Positions 11,578 through 20,617 of a DNA stretch of 64,000 nucleotides are shown here, in pieces. The translations under genes were made by a program, and so were the position numbers. The notes beneath the pieces were generated by a model, which worked only from the letters and a program-made list of their open reading frames with translations, was not told the origin of the DNA and did not search any database. Location: contig NC_092672.1 of the NCBI RefSeq assembly GCF_964355755.1, positions 16,368,001 through 16,432,000 on the forward strand. The letters are read 5' to 3'. Each line of letters starts with the position of its first letter. Within the stretch, counting starts at the first letter, position 1. Origin of the DNA: Antedon mediterranea (Eukaryota; Animalia; Echinodermata).

Positions 11578-14500
11578 CTGAAACACAGCAAATAATAATA
11601 TAATAAGCCGTAATAATAGTAGTGTCAAAATGTCATGATGAGATGTACAACACCCGAACTGTACGAATGAAATAACAATAATAATAACAATATTAATATC
11701 AATAAATATAATAAGAACAAGAACAATAATAATATCGTGGATTTACATAGCGCCTAATGTTGTAAAACCTCTATGCGCTGAACAGTATTACCCCAGTCAT
11801 GGTTTGGATCAAATTAAAACAGGCAGAAATAAAGATTATTACAGTATAGCCATAATCGATGTAAATCCGGTGACAATAATAAGAGCATCTGATTCTTGGT
11901 AAATCTAGTTTTTGTTGACAGTGTAAAAAAGAGAACTGTCATAATTTTAGTTTAGTTAACAATTTCAAGAAACCTCACAGAAATTGCGCTTGTGCCTTTA
12001 CAATAATAAATTTAAGTTCAGCCCTATTACAATAAAGGCCGAACAGAACTAATTATTAACTGTAATTTTAGGCCCTGAAGAATGAATTACAAAGTTTTCT
12101 GAACGTATTTCATTCATGTCTTCTTGCTTTTTACTTTTACGTTTTGATTTAGCTTTTTTATCCAGTCACAGCATTTTTGTTTTTCAGTAATTTGTCATGA
12201 GATACCTTACCATTTTCTGTCTTTACCAAAGGCCCAACAATATCCATACCGATCTGTCTGAAAGCAGTATCTGTTACGGGTATAGGTTGAAGTGGCACTT
12301 TTGCTTTTTTTAAAACTTCTTTCCGTTGGCACTGATCACAGGCGGCTATAAAATTACGAACACCATCAAATGACCCCTTCCAATAATACCTTTCGCGTAT
12401 CTTTTTCCAACTGTTAAAAAAAAAAAAAAATGTGTTTATTGTATTGATGATATTCAATCTCTTTGTAGGTTTACTATTGACCTTAAAACTGTATTATGGA
12501 TTCTTTAAATATTTTAATTTTATTTTGTTTTTTAATATTATTTATTATTTATTACCGCAGTTCACATCACCATTCTCATCAATGCATTATAATAACATTA
12601 CAGTTTGGCGTTCCATATATTTTAACTTTTCGTTTAAGGCAAGCACTGGGCACAACTGATTAATTAACTTTTAATATTTATCTATGTTTCTAGTTTTTTT
12701 ATTTGACAATGATAAATGAATATTGAAAAGAGAAAAGATACCTTCTATGAAAAATGTCCATCAGTCCGTGATGATTCCGTGTCACATTGTACCAGGGAGA
12801 TTTACATCTCCCTGATTGTACCGTGTTTACATTCTAAATACCCCCATATAAACTTCAAATTGAGTGCAGCCTCCCATACAAAATAACTACGCCCTCAATC
12901 TGGTAATAATTCACTCAGGCAATAAAAAACTAACTTGAAAAGTATAAATAATTAATTGTCCTACTAGAATTATTGTGTACGCTTGGTGAATGTGCGACAG
13001 AGTAGATATAAAAATCGCCACTTTTTTTTAAAAATAAACAAGGGGAAATATATACGTTTTAACACTACATACTGGTTAAATTTATTTATTTTTAAAATGT
13101 AGAGGACACCCTATTAAGGAAACCGGGTACTTTTTAGTGAGCCACAATGGTAGATTGCGAGAGGTAGTGGTCCTTTAAAATAGGTGGTCACTTACGAAAG
13201 ATGTGGTCGATAAGGGAGGTGGTCGCTTACGATATGTGATCGATTATGAGAAGCGGTCTCCTAACAGAGAGGTCGTTTATTAGAAGTGGTCACTTAAGAG
13301 AGGTGATTTATACAAGAGTTGGTATATTATGAGAAGCGGTCCATTTAGAGATATGGTGGTCTTCTAAAAGAGATCATCACTTACGAGAGGCGGTCGAAAA
13401 TATAAAGCGGTCGCTTACGAGAGTTGTGGTTGTTAAGAGAGGTGGTCGCTTACTACGAGAGGTGGTCGATTATGAGAAGCGGTCCATAATGAGAGGATGT
13501 GATCACTTACAATAGTTGGTCGATTATGGGAAGCGATCCCTTAACAGAGACGATGGCCGTTTAATAGAGGTGGTCACCCAAAAAAGTTGTCGTTACGAGA
13601 GAGGAAGTCGATTATGAGAAACGGTCCCTTAAAAGAGTTGGTTGCTTACGATGTGTGGTCGTTTTAGAAAGTTGGTCGGTTACGAGACGTGGATAGATGG
13701 ATAGCTAAGTAAACAGATGCATTTGCACATGATTTAGACATTTAGGTTTGTAAAATATATATTTTCTACATTAGCTGGCGATAGTCCTACATTAGCTGGG
13801 ATGCAATTTTCGTTCCTACATTCGTTGTTGATCGTTCTACATGGTGTTAATTTTTTTCATTACATAAGCTGCAGGTGGTTTTACTCCATTACCGGGGGAT
13901 TGGAAACTAGTTTTGTTATTGAAAATGCGTTTTTTTTAAAGAAGTATTCCCTAAAAAAAAATGTAATAATCCACTTTAAAGTTACATAATAAAAGTCTTC
14001 TTCCTTACATTTTTTTTGTCAAATTGTGTTTTCTTTCATAAGTATACATTTTAAACGAACGAAAGTTAATACTGATATGGCTTTTTGCATTATGAATGAG
14101 CAACTAATATTGAACATATTTATTATACCAAGACCTGAATAAGTTTTCATTCGGGAAGTATTTGTATCACTATTTAAAACTAAGATATCTCTCATGAGGG
14201 ATATCTCTATATTACTTACTTACCAAGATATTTAGAATGGAAGATTCTTGTCCCATTCGGAATATCACAAGTGGATTTTTTTCTGTGTTAGTTATGCAGT
14301 GGGCACGTGTAGAGTACCGTATATGAACTGTTATAAAACTAAAACATTACTATTATAGATAGAGCTAGTTGTACTGTATTCTTCTTGGTTTTTCGAGGTG
14401 TAATAAGCCTACAAAAAAATATCTATTAACATAGATATTTCTTTTAAAAAGTAAGACATCTTAGTTTTCAATTGAAATAATCTATCTTTATTAAAAGAGA

Positions 14501-15304
14501 TATCTTAATTTTGAACTAAAGATATATGCGTTGTGTAGCACTGTGTAAATTATATAATAATAATCTGTCAAATTATTGAAACAGTGCTCATATTCGGAAC
14601 ATTTTTGATTAATTATTGAATGCCAATATATGTTTTGTATTTTTTACATGTGATATTTTATGTTCAACTTCAATATATTTATACAATTAATTGCGATAAT
14701 ATATTGAGTAGAAATTATTATCGACTTAACATATTTTTCATTCATGGAGGTATAAAAATATGTTTGAATCTATATATAAAATACTAACTTCATAATGTAC
14801 ACGGTCATTATACATTTTTCAATTGATAAGTATTAGTTATTATTCATTTAATTCATTCATTTAATCATTTGTTTCGAATTCTGTGGTCCACAGAAAGTAA
14901 AATTACGTATAAAATCATTTAAAAACAATGCTGTACTAATTACTAATACTCATCTCAGGATGGCATTCCACCTGGCCAAACATATAAACAGTTTTAAAGT
15001 CACCCAGAAACTTATCGAAGCTTAAATATTATTTAATTGACAAACTTTAAACTTACGTTTTGTTGACACCCAAGTGACCACCATGTGCCTGCTTATGGAT
15101 ACTGTTTAACACTTCGTTTTTTTCTTTCGGTAACAATACACGCAACAATCTACCAGAATGTTGTTTGTAATACAAGATATCACGAAGAATTGTAAAGTTC
15201 TTGGCTTTCCGTCGCAAACTTCGTTTTAATATTTCAGAATAATTTACAGGATAAACGTTGTTTTGTAGATAGTTTCTCAAGGCATCAAACTCATGATCGG
15301 CCAT
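10094..15304 (-). CDS. Spliced Ginger1/GIN-type Gypsy-integrase-like DDE transposase with a C-terminal partial OTU domain; join(15304..15057,12410..12211,11577..10094), 643 aa
   Basis: Canonical GT-AG junctions restore the motifs in frame: HxxxxGGHLGVNKT|WKKIRERYYW...CDQC (H2C2), IGMDIVGPL..ENG|NRYLLVFTEYLTKW, ITDQGREF-35aa-E (DDE), KLNARWTGPY (GPY/F), GDGNCLFRALS (OTU). Exons are 248+200+1484=1932 nt. No gag, protease or RT is adjacent. Confidence 0.9.
10440..10670 (-). repeat. In-frame coding minisatellite (~45-48 bp; DITPDDHINIPTSKN-like, ~5 copies)
   Basis: Repeated TTCTTGGATGTAGGT and GATCATCCGGTG on the + strand; frame preserved. Confidence 0.85.
12211..12410 (-). CDS. Exon 2 of the integrase gene: H2C2 cysteines and first catalytic Asp
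   Basis: Acceptor (T)nAACAG ends at 12411; donor G|GTAAGG at 12210; phases 2 and 1 fit both neighbours. Confidence 0.9.
12786..12821. mobile_element. 22-bp hairpin flanked by a 7-bp direct repeat; probable DNA transposon (P-superfamily-like) excision footprint
   Basis: ATTGTAC-[CAGGGAGAT TTAC ATCTCCCTG]-ATTGTAC. Confidence 0.6.
13095..13900 (-). mobile_element. MITE/foldback-family arm with GAGAGGTGGTCGCTTAC-type short repeats, inside intron 1
   Basis: TTTGCACATGATTTAGACATTTAGGTTTGTAAAATATAT (~13722) is the reverse complement of ~3232 and ~17007; degenerate ~16-17-bp repeats at 13160-13690. Confidence 0.7.
15057..15304 (-). CDS. Exon 1 of the integrase gene (MADHEFDALRNYLQNNVYP...GGHLGVNKT)
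   Basis: ATAATGG start context at 15304; donor AC|GTAAGT at 15056; YL....YP......KR.LRR N-terminal motif typical of Ginger1/GIN proteins. Confidence 0.85.
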
Positions 15305-15529
15305 AATGATAATAAGTAAAAATAGAAAGAAGGCAGATTGTAACGAACAACACCGTGATTGGAACTTTGCAAGCAAAGTGAATGATTTTTTAAATGTAGG
15401 AGGTTTTGAACAAACATTGAGCCAATCAGCTTCTTGCTACATTTGTTTTAACCAATTGCCGATTAGAAGAAAGAGCAAACAGTTTTGTCAGGTGTAGGCC
15501 TATAATTTAAACTTTGTGCCTTAAGTGGA

Positions 15530-15959
15530 TGTCACGAACTCCTTTTACGTATGTTTCCGAGCGGTTGAAAATACTTTAGAAACTCCCTTGTGACATAAAA
15601 GTATACACACCAAATTCACAAAGTTGTAAAATAACTCAAAAACAAATCTTTAATTTCAATCAACTTCAACTTTCAACAACCCAGTAAGCATTTTAAACAA
15701 CAGCTTCACAATAACTTTTACAATCTAATATCCAACCTCTAATATCCAACAACATGACAATAGTTTTACATCCCTTTATATACAAGATGTTCCTATCCTT
15801 CTATATCATTCTTTATACTTCTTATTCTATTTGATTACAGTTTCTATTAATAGCATACTGGAATGTTCCTGATTGTTATTATATTAATTATACATGATGT
15901 CTTAAATGTAAACATCTTATTCTAGAATGTTCATGGTTAGGGAATGGTAATTTATTACA
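15530..15959 (-). mobile_element. Probable solo LTR (430 bp)
   Basis: Minus strand runs TGTAATAA...CGTGACA, with TATATAAAG and a downstream ATTAAA; flanks GTGGA/GTGGC give a 5-bp TSD with one mismatch. Confidence 0.65.
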
Positions 15960-16570
15960 GTGGCAAGTACACAAAAAAATGAGAGAAAAAAACTATTGGA
16001 GGGAAATGCCATTTATTAAATTAAATTTCGAAGATACTCTTATTGGTAAACGCTTCAGTCGTTCTATTACACAATAAATAGCACATTCAGATAGGAGTAT
16101 AAAATATAATCATATAGTTATTCTTTATTACATATTATACGTTCATCTCAAATTATATTATAATATTAATTGAAATTGTATTTAAATTTGTATCCGTTTT
16201 TGTCGACAGGACCACAATGCAAAACAAGTATATTTCTACTTGATTGTGTATAATCCTGTATAAATATGTTGTTAAATAAATAAAATAATATTAAATAGTA
16301 ATCTACGTAAAATAATATTATAGTACATAAGTTCGTATTAAAACCGTTCAGGCTATGAGGCAACCCCCGCTCCCTGTATATTAAATAGAAACATTTTTTA
16401 TAATACTTATACTAGAATCATATACTAATTTATTTAGTTATTTTTTAAAATAAGAGAATTAAATTACGTAACATACTGTGGTATATAATTCTTGTAATGA
16501 AATCATATTCATGGTAAGCGTAATCTTAATTTGAGATATGGCAAGTTCGCACCCCTTCTCCTGACAAATA

Positions 16571-19040
16571 ACAGATGACAGTTAACACGACTACCGGTAA
16601 TTAATATCTCCCGAGAGCCGCTGTTTTGAGGTTGACCTGACAATTGTGGCCTGAGTTATGGGACATTACCCTTGCTGGACATCTGGTAAAAATAAATACT
16701 GATTATGCTGCCACTTTAGTACACAAAACAATAAATAAAAAAAAATAAAAAAACACAACTTGTGGCATTTCCTTTACACTAGTCCCTGTTCAAAACCGCT
16801 AGTGTAGAAAACGGCAGCAAATGTCGTCGAAACTGTCAAATCCACCCATGTAGTAAAACCTAGAACTAGCTAATGTAGAAACACCAACAGTTATTTATTA
16901 AATAAAAATCAACATTAGCTAATATACAACTTAACAGGTAATGAAGTAACGAAAATTGCCTCACAGCTGATGTAGTTAATATCGCCAGCTAATAAAATAA
17001 TAATTATATATTTTACAAACCTAAATGTCTAAATCATGTGCAAATGTATTTCTCTACTTAGTTTAGCTGTCAGTCTATCCACCTCTCGTAAGTGATCGGC
17101 TTTCAAAACGTAACACTCTGATCGTAAGCAACTACCCTTGTTAGCGACCACCTTTAATATTTAAAAGGGACTACCTCTGTTAAAGGACCGCTTCTCACAA
17201 TGGACAACTTCCTGAAGGGGTAACCTCCTCTCATAAGGGACTGCTTTTCATAAACTACCACCGCTCGTAGACGACCACTTCTTTTACCGACTACACCTCC
17301 CGTAAGTGACCACCTCAATAGAGGTGGTAATTTGCGAAAGGTGGTCGTTACGGATGGTAGTCGATTATGAGAAGTGGTCCCAGTGGAGAGGTGGACGTTT
17401 TTTTTTATAGAGAGGTCGACACTTTAGGCGTGGTCGTTAAGAGAGGTAGTCCGTCATGAGGTTGATTATGAGAAGCCGAGGTGGTGGTCCTTTAAAATAG
17501 CTCGTCCTTGACGAGTGGTGTGGTCGTTAAGAGATGGTGGGCGATTATCAGAGACGGTGGTCGTTCAATAGAGGTGGTTACTTACTAGAAGTGGTTGTTG
17601 GTTGGTCACTTACGAGACGTGGATAGATGGATAGCTACCGGTAAGTAAAGAAATGCATTTTCACATTATGTAGACAGGTTTTTAAATTATACAATATTTT
17701 CAACATTAGCTGTGAGGCAATTTTCGTTACTACATTATCTGCTGACCGTTCTAAATTAGCTGGTAAAAATTGATACATAAGCTGTTGGTATTTCTGGTAT
17801 TAGCTGGTGGTTTCTATGTTTATATGTCCATATAAAACAAAAATACAACCGCGATTTTTTAAACTCAGCTGCATGTACAGACATTGTGGCAAAGACGTTT
17901 TAAACGCTTCATTTCAATATAAGCCATTATTCTATGAATTTGATGTATAACGGTATTGGACTGTTTGTATTGGGAACGAAATACCCTAATATTCGAAAAA
18001 AACAAAAAACCGAAATACCCTTGAGTGAACGAATAATTATGATGCGCAATTAAGGTGTTTATTTTGCCATATAAAATATAAAAAACAAATATTTTTTGGT
18101 AATATGCATCAACAATATTTTTCAAATGTATTTTAGATAAATAAATAAATAATGTAAAGTCTATAGAAACAAAGCAAATATTGTGACTAACCAATTCAAT
18201 GTTTTATTAAATAAAAACAAAAATCAGGCATCTGTGAAAAAAATATAATGAAAAAGAACTGACTTTAACAATGACGAACTTACTTGTTTAAAGAACTTTT
18301 GTTATCAGTTGATATTATTAAATTAGTAGCAGTATTATGAATATTACAAAATAATATTTTGAGAACTGAAAAATATTTTGAGGGAACGAATATATTTAGG
18401 GAGAACAAAATAAGATTTCAAGAACTGAATAATATAAAAAACGAATTACTACTTCGAGACAAGGAATGATGATGATGATGATGATGATGATCGAGAGAAC
18501 GAAATAATTTCGAGGGAAATTATTTCGTTCTCTCGCGAAGTAGTAATTCGAATTTCGAATGAAATAATATTTCGAGATAACGAAATAGGTAGGCCCTATG
18601 CCTATATGATTTAGTGATATTCATTCCCTCGAAATAATAATACAGTAGGCTATATATTTTTCAAGTTGTCGATTTACTTCAAATTGACAACAGGTTGTAT
18701 ATACTCAATCAAAAACAAACAATTTAATTTGATTAGACTATATGTCTCCAGATATAATAATAGTAATATTTATTTCAATCCACTTGATATTTTGCGATTC
18801 AAGTTGGTATTCTAAGGAATTATAATTACCCTAACGGGAGTTGGTGAACGTCCAGTGCCCTAGTTTTTACGGGGTTAATATGATGTCGATGTCTCGATGG
18901 TCCTACTTTTTTATCGATGAAAGCTGCCCGGGTGGTTGCGGCCATTTTCAACAGCTAGTATTACAATATTCAATGCTGAAAATTGTCCAGTGGACACTTT
19001 CAAACACCGGACAGATTTAAATCTTACACCGGCATGATGC
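16571..19040 (+). repeat. Longer paralog of 2709-4180
   Basis: Collinear similarity as above; carries a (GAT)n expansion at ~18468-18491 that is absent at ~3620. Confidence 0.9.
16850..17825. mobile_element. Diverged foldback/MITE-like element with long imperfect inverted arms and internal GACCACCTC / GAGGTGGTC repeats
   Basis: GTAACGAAAATTGCCTCACAGCT (~16946) pairs with AGCTGTGAGGCAATTTTCGTTAC (~17708); the short repeats flip orientation near 17320 (ACCACCTC-AATA-GAGGTGGT). Confidence 0.7.
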
Positions 19041-19048
19041 CAAGACGA

Positions 19049-19129
19049 CCCGTTCTCACAGAAAACCATACCGGCATGGTAATGGTATATTCCCGCAATA
19101 TTCCTGGCACTCAGCTCTGTGAGAAAGGG
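19049..19129. mobile_element. ~80-bp mini inverted-repeat element
   Basis: CCCGTTCTCACAGA ... TCTGTGAGAAAGGG (13/14 inverted match); no clear TSD. Confidence 0.4.
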
Positions 19130-19136
19130 GCTTTAG

Positions 19137-19497
19137 TGTAACGGTTGTTGATCCGTTACTATATAATCTATAGTCGCAGTGGCAGGATTTCACACAGTCA
19201 CAGAATATACAAACAGTAAATATGGTTTTGTCCAGTGACAACAGTTTTATTTCAATACTCAATATAATGCAGTCTGAACTGGCTATATCACATATTTTCC
19301 TATTATAAACGTTTTATCCTCTCTATTATAAACGTTTTCTTCTCTCTCTATCAATTTGTTAACTCTCTCCCTCTTAGCCAGTACATCCATATTTAAGGAA
19401 CGGTCCTAATTAATGTACATGTACTGGGAGGGGACTATTTGGAACAAAGGAACATTCTTTGATGATGAGGAATATTCATTAAAGGAGGGATGTCACA
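19137..19497 (-). mobile_element. LTR-like segment (361 bp), possibly a 3' LTR with polypurine tract
   Basis: Minus strand TGTGACATCC...CCGTTACA with internal AATAAA, preceded by purine-rich AGAGGTGAAGGTGA; flanks do not form a TSD. Confidence 0.45.
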
Positions 19498-19693
19498 TCA
19501 CCTTCACCTCTGTGAAAGCTAGGGCAAATTGGACCACTGGACATCAACAAGTGTTTATAGTAACTCCCATTAGAAATCCCAATAGAGCAATTATAAATTC
19601 TACAATATAAAAACTTGTGAACAGTTAATAGATTTATATTCTCTCGTGTGTTATATTAGTGTTGATAAGGGTATTCTGAAAACTAAGCCGGAG

Positions 19694-20070
19694 GCGATTT
19701 TTTTTTCCGTACATAAATTGGGGACCCCTCATGAAACGTCACAAAATAAACATGAATAATTCATCAGGTAAATTTGTTGTTCCGTGTGCACCCAAGCGTA
19801 TAGCAACAAGTGATTACAACTGCGATACCATTCTTTCTACAGTAGGCCTAGGATTTTAGGTCAATTTACGTGATTGCCTTCGCGCACTCTTCTTCACACA
19901 CACACCACTATGCAAAATGTGTCGAGGCTAATCAACAGCTAGGCAAGACATTCAACTAAGTAGTAATTGGACATAGCCCAAAGAAAGCTTAGACCCACAA
20001 AAATAAAGAATGTGTATAATTTGTGTACTGTAATTTTTTAATTCTGCTATTTTATTATCAAACAATATGC
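19694..20070 (-). repeat. Inverted copy of 685-1055
   Basis: Reverse-complement similarity from GCGATTTTTTTT to TATTATCAAACAAT. Confidence 0.9.
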
Positions 20071-20517
20071 ATGTACTCAAAGGAACTTTAAAAATGCGCG
20101 TATATGAACACATGAGATGGAAAGATTAGACCCACGAGAATAACAAATTTATTTTGTGTAATGTTTATTTTTTAATTTTGCTGACTTAATACTCGGACTG
20201 TGTCATACCTAACACACACACGTCACACACACCCACACACACACACAGACTACTAGAATAGACATGGGCTTTAGAGACTAATAATTAGGCCTATAGTATT
20301 AATAGAAACTATAGTTTTAACACGTAATTCTTTAGTAATAAATTATATTAAAAACACCATAAACTAAGCGGTGTAATAAGTGTTGATAAATATATAATAC
20401 GATACGATAAAACTTGATTGTCACAACGGCAACAATATACAGTTATTATTAATTCTAAACCGCCCGGTGATATACTGAAATTTAGTGCACTATAGTCCTC
20501 AGTTGTACACACGGACA

Positions 20518-20559
20518 CCAGAGATCAGAGCCATATATATATATGGCTCTGCCAGAGAT
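20518..20559. mobile_element. 26-bp perfect palindrome with an 8-bp TSD; probable P/hAT-type footprint or micro-element
   Basis: CCAGAGAT-[CAGAGCCATATATATATATGGCTCTG]-CCAGAGAT; the paralogous site at 23888-23895 has one CCAGAGAT and no insert. Confidence 0.8.
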
Positions 20560-20617
20560 AAAATTGATACGTCCTCATCTTTCAGTATTTATATTCACGA
20601 GGCGGGATCTCCGAGCG

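Noticed and set aside
10094-15959. Gypsy LTR retrotransposon interpretation
   Set aside because: No gag, protease, RT or RNase H; the integrase has its own ATG and two introns; the nearby LTR is solo with its own TSD
9090-16580. Candidate Ginger TIR pair (TGTTGTTGTCTTGTCAG at 9090 versus CTGACAAATAACA at ~16561)
   Set aside because: Only a few bases match, with no extended inverted similarity or TSD
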